NCBI GenBank assembly: GCA_964519305.1
Contig: CAZFHY010000022.1
Location: 1 to 45,399, forward strand
DNA length: 45,399 bases
Reading direction: 5' to 3'
Origin: Candidatus Undinarchaeota archaeon
GTDB taxonomy: Archaea > SpSt-1190 > JASMDC01
The notes under the pieces were generated by a model. The model saw nothing but the letters and a program-made list of their open reading frames with translations. It did no database searches and had not been told where the DNA came from. This document shows positions 1-10,200 of the stretch, piece by piece; the stretch's first letter is position 1; each line of letters opens with the position of its first letter. The position numbers and the translations under genes are program-made.

Positions 1-3000
1 CGCAAGCATCGTTCTCGCACGTAACGATGAACGCGAGGTTCGCCACGAGCTGTGCTTTGGCCTCGTCGTCGGTCAGGTCATCGTCCGTGACCTCACCTAT
101 TTCGATGTCCGTTTCAACCGAAGTGGTGATCCACGAGTCGTAGTATAGCCGGTTTCCACCAGCGACGACATCGTACTTGACCTGTAGGTCAGTGATCGAG
201 GTCACCGTGAACTCGACGATCTTGTACTCGCCTACCGGGATATCCAGATTGATCGAGGCCAGTGTCTTGACACCTGTGGACACGTTGACCTGAACGGTAA
301 CGGCCTCCTCCAACAGATTTGTGATCTTCAGGTACTTCTTCTTGACCTGGTCGATGTTGGTACGCAGGCTCAGTACCGGGGGCGGGGAATTGCCGTCCAG
401 CACGAACTCGGCATCGAACGCTGTAAAGCCCTCAAGTCCCGTGACATCGGAGATGCTCGTCTGCGCCTCGGGAACGGGCGGTAGCGGAGTATAGCAGTCA
501 GCAGGGCACTTGTTTGGACCGGTCTTCTCGTCCTCTTGGCATACACCATCGGGGCAGGAGGCATCAAGACAGTCGGCACAATCAATGCCCTCACCCTTCG
601 CGGGCTCGCACTCGCCATCACTGTCACACGACTCGCACACACCACAGTCGGACGGGCAGTTCTCACAGCTCTCACCCTGGATCATGTCACAGACAAGGGA
701 GCCTGAGAGCGGATCGGGAACACCGCACATGTCAGATAACTGACAATCGTCGGGCGTCGTCTGCCAGCTCTCCCAGTAGTCACAAATGCCGTTTGTGCAT
801 ACGGCCTGGGGTCCAGCCTGGTCTTCCGGAAGCCCACAGCAATCTGCGGGACAGCTGGCCGTGGTCTCACCTCTCTCGTACTGGCAGTTGTGGTCGCCGC
901 ACACGAAGATAGGTGCAAGGCAGTCTCGCGGTAGCGGGTCCTGGCCAAGTTCGATTATATCGCAGACACCGTTCTCGATGCACTCGTCGGGACAATCGCC
1001 GTCGGTCAGCGAATCGCAGATGCCATTGTCGCATGTTATCGGGCATGCACCGCAGTCGTTACTGTATTCGGTACAGTCCTCGCCCACCTCGCATCCGTTG
1101 GCGTCAGCGATATGTCGGACGACACCGCAGTCCTCGCAGATACCGCAGTTCGCCGTACCTCCGGCTATCGCGCAGCACTCGTTGTATAGACACTCCGAGA
1201 TCGGACCGCAGTGGCCAGGGAAGCACGGTGAAGGCTCGGTAGCTAGAGGCTCCATGCACACACCGCCATCGTCGGGCGAACAGTAGCCCTTGAGCATCGC
1301 ACCGTCCTTGTGCAGTATGCAGTTTGAGCCGGCACCCAGCCAGCTGATGGTTAGCACCTTCGACTCGTAAGTTCCCTGAGCGTCCTGGTTGACCTGCTTG
1401 CAGAATCTATCATCAGGTTCGTTGGGTATGACACGCGTGTACTGATCGGGATTGTAGTTTGTACAATCGCACAGGTCCTGATACTTGAACCTCAGCTGGA
1501 ATCCGCGGTTGAAGGATGATGTACCACCGCTACCAGCGACCATGAACTTCCAGGTGTTGCACTCTACGTGATAGACGAGGATCCGTGACCGTCCGGGTTT
1601 GAGGCTGTTTGAAACAAGGGGCTCGGCCGATAGTGTGCAGAAATTGGCCTGCCAGTCAGCGTCCTCGACACCGTGTGCCTGGTACCATTCGAGCGGTTGG
1701 CTCCCTGCTTCGAGATAGAGCTTGTTGGACCTCGGATCGTAGTTGGGGATGTAGTCGTAGAGGTCGAAGCCGTTCTTGAGGTAAGCGATACCGTCGCCCA
1801 CGTTGGTTAGCACTACACGTATCTTCTGTACAGGCGAACACTGGGGCCACTCGTCATACCCGTCGGGGATGGCCGTCGTCACCGTAGCGCTCTCGACCTT
1901 GACGTCAGCTGAGCGCCAGATGCCAACCTGCCGTGATCCCTTGGGCGTGTCTTGTGCATTGTAGAGCCGCAACTCTAGCTTGGGCAGGTCCATGTTATCA
2001 GGCCCGAACGAAGCCGTCGGCGTGAAGTCGCACACACCTTCGCAGGATGTGTAATCGATATTGTCCCCTGCCTCGCAGTTACCGCGGACGATGTTACACT
2101 CGGGGGCATCACCCTCATACGAGAACGTCTTCGTGTCCTTGTCATCCCCGCCATGGAGAAGCTCGATCTTCCTGAGCTTGGTCGTGCACTGGCTCGTGAA
2201 TGAGAAGTGGAGCGGATCGCCCTTAGCAGGACAGATATTGAGGTCGAGGTCGATCGGTGGATCATAGATAGCTATCTGTGGTTTCTGGACCTTGACATAG
2301 AACTCGTCGCATTCGCAGTTCTTCACATCGAACGCGCAGGTCGTAGGATCACAGGTGATCTCGCCATCGTCGTTCACGTCCCTTGCGATGAGCACTTTGT
2401 GCTGGCCTCTTGCGGTATCGGCCGGTATCTGGAATGAGCAGGTCTGCTCGGTACGATACTGTAGACCTACGCCAGCGCTGCACGTTGCTAAAGGATCGCC
2501 AGATATCTTGTCCAGATAGACATATGCTTCTCCGGGTGTACAGGTGACCCGGTACTTGAACGAGATGGTCGCGCCGGGGCAGAGCTCTGTGATCTCTGGC
2601 GATTCGGTCAGGTCCAGTTGTGGATCTACAACATCGAATGACTCGTCACCCATACCAAGGCGCCATCCATCGGCAGCCTTTGCTGAGTTGCACGATCCGA
2701 ACTTGCAGATGCTGGACATCCGCGTGTCGGAGTACTGGTTGCATCCCCATCCCCTGTCCCCTTCACCGCCGCAGTCAGGGCAGGCGTAGTGGCCGCCACT
2801 GTCGCACACACGGGTCACGGAGTCGACGTATACCGTATAGACACCGGGTGCCTTTGGAGCAGCGTAGTTGTCCGGAGTGGTGATCTTATCGTTCGCACTG
2901 GTCCATGCCATGCACTTCGATCCACCGCTCTTCCTCAGGAAGGCGATCACACCCGGACTGTTGACCTTCTTGGTGCAAGCGCCGTCCTCGCAGAGCATGC

Positions 3001-5260
3001 AATCCGTGTTCGATAGGTAGCGGGCCGACTTGCCTCCCATTTCGATGATCGGCGATCGGTGCATATCGCAGACCGGGTTGTTCCCGGCATCAGGAATATC
3101 TCCGCACCGTGAGATACGAGCATATGAGCTGAAATAGTGCTGGGTCCCACCGTGGCGGGAACCGTCACTACATACGACATTGTACGCTTGAAGTGCCGCC
3201 TTGAAGTAGATGACGTCTCCCGGACAGATCTGTCGCCCGACCTTGTCGGGATCGATGTCGAAGTTCATGGTAACGGTTCCCTTGACACCGGTGGATTGGG
3301 CCGCGCCCCAGCTGTGGCCACAACTGTTCATAGTACCACAGACAGCTGCGATGTTCACTTTGCAGGTACCCGTCTTGCATGCGACAGTCTCATCGTCCCC
3401 TGTCCCCTTCACACGGATTGCGAAGCCCTGGGAACCCGTGGACGTCTTCGGATCGACGGACAACCGACACCATGGATTGGCCGCGGTGTCGTCAAGGTAG
3501 ACACCTCCGGTCTCCTCAACCGTCGGTCCCGGACAGGTACCCTGCTTCTTTCCGCCCATGTGAATATCGAACTCCGAGCCCTTAGGGTAGCACTTGCTGT
3601 CTATCTTCACGTAGATGGACGCGGCAAGGCAGGTATCTGTCGGGAACACGTAGAAGTCGATGTTCCTTCCGGACACCGGGAGGGTGACTATTTCGGATGT
3701 CCGGTAATACTTGCCGGCATTATCTCCCTCTGCGATGATATCGATCGAAGTACCATCGAAGTCGGATGGGATGAGGAACTCGACATATCCGTTCTCGTCG
3801 GGATTCTTGACGTTCCCGATGACCGTGTCGTCGTTGAGCATCTTGACATTCACACGGTTGCCCCTCGTGACACCCTGGCCCCATTCATCGATCACGCGTA
3901 CCTTGAAGGACACACCGCGACACCCGCTTTCAGGGGTTTCTGCGACAGTTATGTCGCTCTTTAGCTTGACGGTCTTATCAGCGATGGACGAGCCAGTCTT
4001 GAATGCGACCACCTTGAGCTCGCCGACGAAGTACACCATGTCCATGACGGCCTCGAGCTCGGAGTCCCAGTTCAGGATTCCGGCCTCGTTAGTGACCCCA
4101 TAGCTCATTACGCGCTCAACGCCTTCGTTGTTCAGGGCCCTGACCTCTACCGAGGCCTCAGGTACACCAACACCACCGGTGGTCACCTCGAACTTCAGCT
4201 TGCTCTTGGGGTGGATCTCAGAAACCTCTTGATCGGAAACATCAAGGATGCGGAGCTCGATGAGAGGCACATCGACAGCGATGAACTTCTCCCATTGGTA
4301 GAATGCACCGAACTCGTCAGTCGCGTTCGCGACGAGGCGATAGTTGCCCTGGTCTATGTTGTGGAGCTCGCATTTGAGGGACGGATCCCTCGACCAGCAT
4401 TGATGGATGACCGCGCCCTCGGTGTTGTGGAGGGCCATGTGCGTCTCCACGATCTCGTCCCCTTCCGGGTCCTCCCACGTGAGGTCGATATCGAACTTCG
4501 TGAGCATATCGCCCCCAGCCTGAGGTATCTGTTTCATGTGCTCTTCTTCGTTTCCAGCATCGATGATCTTGGGTGGATTGTTCTCGATCATCATACGGAC
4601 ACCCGTACTGTCCCACTGGTCCTCACCTGAGTCGATGAAGATACCGCAGCCCTCTATTGGAGTGCCGTACGGATCGAACCTGAAGTAATGATAATCATGG
4701 GTAAGCTCAATCTCCTCAACTATCTTCTGGTCGCCCATGAGCGGTTCACAGGTATTGAGTATCTCCTCATCACCCCTGAAAAGGACCCAGATGTCACCTG
4801 ACTCCTCCTTGCAGTCGAGGTCTTTGGTATAGTTGTTGCTCTGGCATAGAGCGACCGTGTAAGCAACAGGGTACTCACAGTTCGTGGAGGCATAGTACCA
4901 TAGTTCGGCCTTGTGGTTCTTGTACTGGGTGGTATTGAACATTACTCTGACTTTCTTGGGGTTGCCCGAAGGATCGTGGTGTTGGGGATCGTGGGTGATA
5001 CAGGCTTCGCTCTGAGTAAAGCGTTTCCATGTACATGGATCCTCGGCGTCCCCTGGATCGAGGGAACAGGCAGCATCGATTACTGCCCCCGTGACGTTGT
5101 TATCGTCCGGATCGTTCTCGGTGAGAAGGATATGCGTACTCTTCTCACGGATTCCCGGTTCATCGCCAGCCGCAACGGCGTCAAATGTCGCTAAAAGTAG
5201 CGTAACGGCCGCAAATACAACTAAAAACCTAATAGAATCTTTATTATACAATCTAGCCAA
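1..5260 (-). CDS. Giant secreted Cys-rich modular surface protein (>1,750 aa; C-terminus runs off the window)
   Basis: Not in the ORF track because there is no stop in the window. Manual translation: TTG at 5260 (alternatives TTG 5263, GTG 5269) after GGGGGTGG, then a signal-peptide-like (M)ARLYNKDSIRFLVVFAAVTLLLATFDAVAA, beta-rich segments and Cys-rich repeats. The same frame is still open at base 2 (..FIVTCENDAC). The track lists no closed minus-strand ORF in this frame, consistent with one uninterrupted frame. Confidence 0.88.
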   Translation of the reverse strand, partial: MARLYNKDSIRFLVVFAAVTLLLATFDAVAAGDEPGIREKSTHILLTENDPDDNNVTGAVIDAACSLDPGDAEDPCTWKRFTQSEACITHDPQHHDPSGNPKKVRVMFNTTQYKNHKAELWYYASTNCEYPVAYTVALCQSNNYTKDLDCKEESGDIWVLFRGDEEILNTCEPLMGDQKIVEEIELTHDYHYFRFDPYGTPIEGCGIFIDSGEDQWDSTGVRMMIENNPPKIIDAGNEEEHMKQIPQAGGDMLTKFDIDLTWEDPEGDEIVETHMALHNTEGAVIHQCWSRDPSLKCELHNIDQGNYRLVANATDEFGAFYQWEKFIAVDVPLIELRILDVSDQEVSEIHPKSKLKFEVTTGGVGVPEASVEVRALNNEGVERVMSYGVTNEAGILNWDSELEAVMDMVYFVGELKVVAFKTGSSIADKTVKLKSDITVAETPESGCRGVSFKVRVIDEWGQGVTRGNRVNVKMLNDDTVIGNVKNPDENGYVEFLIPSDFDGTSIDIIAEGDNAGKYYRTSEIVTLPVSGRNIDFYVFPTDTCLAASIYVKIDSKCYPKGSEFDIHMGGKKQGTCPGPTVEETGGVYLDDTAANPWCRLSVDPKTSTGSQGFAIRVKGTGDDETVACKTGTCKVNIAAVCGTMNSCGHSWGAAQSTGVKGTVTMNFDIDPDKVGRQICPGDVIYFKAALQAYNVVCSDGSRHGGTQHYFSSYARISRCGDIPDAGNNPVCDMHRSPIIEMGGKSARYLSNTDCMLCEDGACTKKVNSPGVIAFLRKSGGSKCMAWTSANDKITTPDNYAAPKAPGVYTVYVDSVTRVCDSGGHYACPDCGGEGDRGWGCNQYSDTRMSSICKFGSCNSAKAADGWRLGMGDESFDVVDPQLDLTESPEITELCPGATISFKYRVTCTPGEAYVYLDKISGDPLATCSAGVGLQYRTEQTCSFQIPADTARGQHKVLIARDVNDDGEITCDPTTCAFDVKNCECDEFYVKVQKPQIAIYDPPIDLDLNICPAKGDPLHFSFTSQCTTKLRKIELLHGGDDKDTKTFSYEGDAPECNIVRGNCEAGDNIDYTSCEGVCDFTPTASFGPDNMDLPKLELRLYNAQDTPKGSRQVGIWRSADVKVESATVTTAIPDGYDEWPQCSPVQKIRVVLTNVGDGIAYLKNGFDLYDYIPNYDPRSNKLYLEAGSQPLEWYQAHGVEDADWQANFCTLSAEPLVSNSLKPGRSRILVYHVECNTWKFMVAGSGGTSSFNRGFQLRFKYQDLCDCTNYNPDQYTRVIPNEPDDRFCKQVNQDAQGTYESKVLTISWLGAGSNCILHKDGAMLKGYCSPDDGGVCMEPLATEPSPCFPGHCGPISECLYNECCAIAGGTANCGICEDCGVVRHIADANGCEVGEDCTEYSNDCGACPITCDNGICDSLTDGDCPDECIENGVCDIIELGQDPLPRDCLAPIFVCGDHNCQYERGETTASCPADCCGLPEDQAGPQAVCTNGICDYWESWQTTPDDCQLSDMCGVPDPLSGSLVCDMIQGESCENCPSDCGVCESCDSDGECEPAKGEGIDCADCLDASCPDGVCQEDEKTGPNKCPADCYTPLPPVPEAQTSISDVTGLEGFTAFDAEFVLDGNSPPPVLSLRTNIDQVKKKYLKITNLLEEAVTVQVNVSTGVKTLASINLDIPVGEYKIVEFTVTSITDLQVKYDVVAGGNRLYYDSWITTSVETDIEIGEVTDDDLTDDEAKAQLVANLAFIVTCENDAC
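490..1290 (-). repeat. Protein-level Cys-rich repeats (C-x-[DN]-G-x-C...E...C-P-x-D-C type) inside the giant ORF
   Basis: Translated units include CDNGICDSLTDGDCPDEC, CGDHNCQYERGETTASCPADC, CTNGICDYWESWQTTPDDC, CDMIQGESCENCPSDC, CDSDGECEPAKGEGIDCADC and CPDGVCQEDEKTGPNKCPADC. Confidence 0.8.
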
Positions 5261-5272
5261 CAATACCACCCC

Positions 5273-5325
5273 CGAAGCTTGGGCTTCTCTTTTAAAAACT
5301 TTTAAAGCTTCGTAGTATTTATACC
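5273..5325. promoter_or_regulatory. Divergent archaeal promoter region with TATA-like boxes and a flanking inverted repeat
   Basis: AT-rich TTTTAAAAACTTTTAAA and TATTTATA lie between two divergent starts (5260-, 5342+). CGAAGCTT (5273-5280) and AAGCTTCG (5305-5312) form an inverted repeat around the core. Confidence 0.6.
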
Positions 5326-5341
5326 TTGCGGTGAGTTATTA

Positions 5342-7213
5342 ATGCCATTACAGCGGCGCATAATCACGTTTTTGTTCGTGATTTTTTGTCTATCATTCGC
5401 CAATTCTCCGAACTTCATACGCGGTGAGATAGACGGAAGGATGGACAGTACGTCCTACGCCGCAGGTGATACGGCCATTATGAAAGTCGGTATCATGAAC
5501 AAGGATATCGTACCTATCGTGGACGGCTACATGACATTCATGCTCACCAGAGGGAACGATACTCCGACATATCCGAATTATGTCATTGACGAGAACGTGA
5601 TTGCCGAGAAGGTCGTCTACGAGATCAACATCCGACCTCTCGAAACGATCGAGATCGAGACCACGTTCGATATCCCCACGAATATACCGCCCGGAGAATA
5701 CCGGATGGACTCCTTCTTCACGACACCGAGAAATCCCGTGTCAGGTCTTCCTTTCATCTACTTCACTCCGAAACCCATGATGAGCCGGTGTGGTGAGATC
5801 ACGATCTGTCCGACCTTCAACGTCACGAACGAAGGAACATGGAAGGACCTGCGTATCGATCGGGAGTCTATGTTCGTGGCAGGAATGCCCGGACAGACGG
5901 GTCGTGTCGACCGAATGCCCGAGGAGGGTAAGCCCGTAAAGCCGCTCTTGGTGCTCCGTGAGGCGGCTCTCGATCCCCGCACCTGGGCGTGGGGAATCGG
6001 GAACGTGTTCGGTGTCAACGAGTGGCGCTTCACACCCAAGGTGGGTTCTGAACAACCCGTCTCTTTCAGACTACAGAATCGTGGGCCTACGGATTGTACG
6101 AACGTATCGGTCACGGTCGAAGCACATACGTGGGACGACACAAAGCCCGAGTCGGGACTGACGCCCGAGATCCGTTCAGTTCCCAAGACGAACAAGACCT
6201 TCTATGTAGGTCCGATCGCAGCAGGCGAGAATGTTTGGGCCAACTCGACGTTCATGGTCCCGGACCTCTCTACGGCCTACTCAATACTCATCACCGTGAA
6301 GGACGAGGACGAGGTGCTTTCCGTATATCGGAGCCGCGTCGATGTATGGGGACCCGGCAGCCGTATAACGAGCATCAAGCCCACGAACTACAGGTACGAG
6401 GCCGGTGACGTCGTTAACATCACATCGATGCTCCTGTCAGCGTCGGACGGTGTCAACAAGGGCGAGCATCTGTTCCTCAGTATCGAGATCAACGACCAGA
6501 AGGGCAAGGTGGGATTCTCTGTCCACCCCGAGATGACCATCACAGCGGACGAGGCGTTCATGTTGGTCACGACCAGCATCCCCACACCACGCCGGTTACG
6601 TAATTTCACTATCCATGCGAACCTGCGATCCGGGCCAAACAGGATCGATGATGTCTACATCCACATCGACAAGGACAAGTTCCCGGCCAAGCTGATCAGC
6701 GTCAATGTAACGACCGTCAAGAACGGAAAGAAGACAAGGGACTTCATGCCCGGGGACAAGATGCGAGTGAACATCGACCTGATCGACGAGGACGGCGATC
6801 CAAAGGCCGGTACTATCGATGCTAAGCTCATCTTCTCGAGCGAGATAGACGAAGAACAAACCGAGGAGCTCATCGCGTTCGGAAGAAAGATCGATGGTCA
6901 GTTCACGTCCGACCTATTGGTACCCCCTTCCTGGCTCGGCAAACAGATCACGCTCTTCGTAAAGGAGCGGGAAACAAAGCTAACGGGTCACACATCCATC
7001 TTCACGAGCGAGTGGAAACCACCTCCCAAGCCTTCTGAGGATGAGGAAGAGGAGAACGTGACGGTCACACCGACCGACGACATCGTCCCCATAACACCCA
7101 CGGACCCGAAGGTGTACTACTTCTTTGGCGCCGCGATCCTCATAGGGATAGTGCTCTTCATCGTACTCTTTGCCCTACCGCCCAAGAAGAAGGTAATCAA
7201 AGGTGTCGAGTGA
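5342..7213 (+). CDS. Membrane-anchored surface protein with Ig/CARDB-like beta-sandwich segments
   Basis: 623 aa. N-terminal signal peptide, beta-rich body (e.g. VSFRLQNRGPTDCTNVSVTV), Pro/Glu/Thr linker, and a C-terminal TM helix followed by a basic tail (PPKKKVIK). Confidence 0.85.
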   Translation: MPLQRRIITFLFVIFCLSFANSPNFIRGEIDGRMDSTSYAAGDTAIMKVGIMNKDIVPIVDGYMTFMLTRGNDTPTYPNYVIDENVIAEKVVYEINIRPLETIEIETTFDIPTNIPPGEYRMDSFFTTPRNPVSGLPFIYFTPKPMMSRCGEITICPTFNVTNEGTWKDLRIDRESMFVAGMPGQTGRVDRMPEEGKPVKPLLVLREAALDPRTWAWGIGNVFGVNEWRFTPKVGSEQPVSFRLQNRGPTDCTNVSVTVEAHTWDDTKPESGLTPEIRSVPKTNKTFYVGPIAAGENVWANSTFMVPDLSTAYSILITVKDEDEVLSVYRSRVDVWGPGSRITSIKPTNYRYEAGDVVNITSMLLSASDGVNKGEHLFLSIEINDQKGKVGFSVHPEMTITADEAFMLVTTSIPTPRRLRNFTIHANLRSGPNRIDDVYIHIDKDKFPAKLISVNVTTVKNGKKTRDFMPGDKMRVNIDLIDEDGDPKAGTIDAKLIFSSEIDEEQTEELIAFGRKIDGQFTSDLLVPPSWLGKQITLFVKERETKLTGHTSIFTSEWKPPPKPSEDEEEENVTVTPTDDIVPITPTDPKVYYFFGAAILIGIVLFIVLFALPPKKKVIKGVE

Positions 7214-7225
7214 GCGGGGGCCGGT

Positions 7226-10200
7226 ATGGGGTCGTTCGGACGCACCCTCGCTTTGACCGTGGTCCTTGCGAGCATTGTCGTTCTGCAGGCCAACGCTTTC
7301 GAGACAGAACCTCCATACCGTGAGATCCTTCATGGATTAGCAGTTTCAAGGAGCGATGCGGCCCTCTGTGGGCCACCTGTTGCCTGGAGCTGCAACATGG
7401 GCTATGTCCAGGCCCGTGTGATATCGGCTTACGGCGCGCTCTACCAACAGACAAGCAACGCGACCTATCTGGCGTGGATGCGCAACTTCGTCGATACAAA
7501 GTCCTCGGGAGCCACTGGATGCGGACCTCCGGACGATTGGCAGTCAGCTGAAAAGGACCATGGTTTCGTCATGGCTGCATACGCTCAGGCTCTCGAAGTG
7601 GAAGGTGACGCTGCACGTCGTACCCAGTATTCGGGATATCTTGAGCAGTTCGCCTCTCATGGATCTCAGGATGCCGGGACACCCGGACCTCACCAGGTCG
7701 GTAACGACCATAGTGCGATGGTGATCGGATACCTCCGTGCTTTCGGCCAGACCAGTAGTCAGTCCATCAAGACGCACGTTGACAAGCTCGGCGTCAACGG
7801 CTGTTCGGGTCTTGGCCCTGATCCGCAATCACCGGCCTTCTACAAGTGTGACCATACGCTCCTCCAGGCCGAGTACATCATTGGGTATGCCGACGGGTAC
7901 GAGGCCACGAATGACGCTAGCTACCTCAGTCGTCTCAATGCACTAATGGCGGCCGGCTCGAACGATACCATCTATGGATGTGACGTGGTCGACGATTTCG
8001 ACTGTGGTGACAATGAGTACCAAGCGCTAATGATGCTCGCATCGGCCCGCGCATATCAGGTAACTCAGAACGCCAGCCATAAGGCCGCCCTCGACAATTT
8101 CGCATCGAATGCAGCTTCAGCAGGCGACTGTGGCCCACCGGACGATTGGACGTGCATGGGCTCCTATTACCAGAACATCTACCTCTTATCGTACGTGAGC
8201 GCGTACCTGGTAACAGGGAACGATACCTATCTCGGTTGGGCGAACGAAATCGCGGAAAAGCTCGTGACCTATTGTGACGGGTACAAGTGCGATACGAACC
8301 AGGGTATCGTCATCATGGCGGCCCAGGCTATCTCGACCCTATACCCGGCCATAGGACCGATCAACGCAACGGCAGTAGACACGGATAGCGGGCGTATCGT
8401 CCGTCTGGTGGCGCGTACGACCGATCCTGCAAAAGGGAAGTACCGTGCACTCCATTACGCGCGCCTCGACTATTCTGACATTGCCCACGGCCTTACATCG
8501 TGCACATGCAAGGTGGACGGAGGGGACGCATCGGACTGTCTTTCGGGACCGATCGCATCTGTGGACGTTCCACATCCGGGCAATGCTGCGATGAGCATCA
8601 ATATCACATGCACTAATGCTGCGGGACGCAGGACCTCACGTTTCAGTTCCGTGGCCGTCAAGGCGGACGCGCTCGGCATATCGTTCGATAACGTGACCAC
8701 TCCGGTCAACGGAGCGTTCAATGCCACCGGGACGGTCAACGATGTGGGTTCCCTCACCTGTAAGGCCTATCTCGCTCACGACGGGGCCACAAAAGAGACA
8801 ACGATGAACGCCGGGGCCGGTAAGTTCAATATCGAGGTAGCTCCCACGGATGACGGTGCACATGAGCTCACAATATCCTGCTCTGCATCCGGATACACGA
8901 CCACTAACGTGTCGATGCAATTCACGGTGGACATGACACCTCCGGGATTCGACCTATCTATTGTCGCTACCAACGACGATCCCATCGTGGACATAACCAT
9001 ATCGAACGCTGCGGACACGACATCCTCGGTCGCTGCCTGCTGGATCGAGCTGAACACGACCGACCTCGGGTCCAAAGCCCTGTCACAGAGCACAGCCTCT
9101 TGGAACACGTCCGTGGGCTGGGGCTTCCACACTGCTATTGCCAAGTGCAACGATACTGTAGGGAACGTCGGAGCACGGAACAAGACGTTCTGGGTGAACA
9201 GGACAGCGGTCTCACCTACACCGAACGCGACAGTAGTGCCCAACGCCACGGCATCACCGACTCCGAACGCAACAGTAATACCCAACGCTACTGCGACACC
9301 AGCACCGACGCCTGTACCCGGTAACAAGGTCCTCATCATCAAATCGGACCCTACATCGTACTGCGAGCATACAATCCACCTCAATGATGTTGCCCCTACA
9401 GGGGACACTGTCTTCCTTGAGGTATGGGAGCCGGACGGCGCCACACATTTCTTCCCGGTCAACTATACGGCCGTTCAGGCAGGTAAGGGAGCAAAGTCAT
9501 TGGAACTTGGCAACTTCTCGGTCACCGTGTACCAGGATTGCTCTCATACGAACACGACCGCGGAGGTCTATCTATTGATAGCGGGCGGATGTCCGACACC
9601 CACGCCATCAGCATCACCCGTCCCGACATCCACACCAGTGGCGACGAGCACGGCCACACCTTCACCTACACCTGAAACGAGCCTGACCCCTATACCGATC
9701 ACGGTGGTCACACCTGTCCCCACCGCGACTAAGGAACCAACGCCCCTACCACCAGAACCCAAAGGGACCCCGACACCCATCCCGTCTCCGGACCTTACCG
9801 AATCACCGACAGCTGCACCCACCATGCGGACGGAGGTGGTCGAGCTCGATCTTCATCTCACCCCCACACCGGCCCCCCTCCCGGAGCGCTATCAAGAGCT
9901 CGTCTTTCAGCTCAGCACGGTCGAGCGTGAGAAGCTCGACGCCAAGGGGAACGCTATCATCGAGATGGCGCAAGAAGCGTTGGATGAAGCACGCCAGTTC
10001 GAGACCGAGGGGGACATGGAGAGGGCGAAGCTGAGATACGAGCGTGCCGAGGGTCTTATCGAGAACCTGCAGACGGCTCCAGAGAATGATTGGTCGAACC
10101 TCGGTTATCTCCTTCTGTTCATCTGCATCCTTGGTGTGGTGGGTACCGGGCTCCTCTACAGGTCAACGATGAATGCCATGGAGACCGAGGGGGATGCATA

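Noticed and set aside
370-5315. Many short ORFs on both strands in the ORF track
   Set aside because: They are antisense or off-frame shadows of the giant minus-strand gene.
7205-7230. TGA stop followed in frame by the next gene (also at 15287-15293), suggesting read-through, selenocysteine or an alternative code
   Set aside because: Each upstream protein ends at a natural C-terminus and each downstream one starts with its own signal/anchor. Conserved genes use TGG for Trp and TGA as a true stop. Same-frame neighbours arise one time in three by chance.
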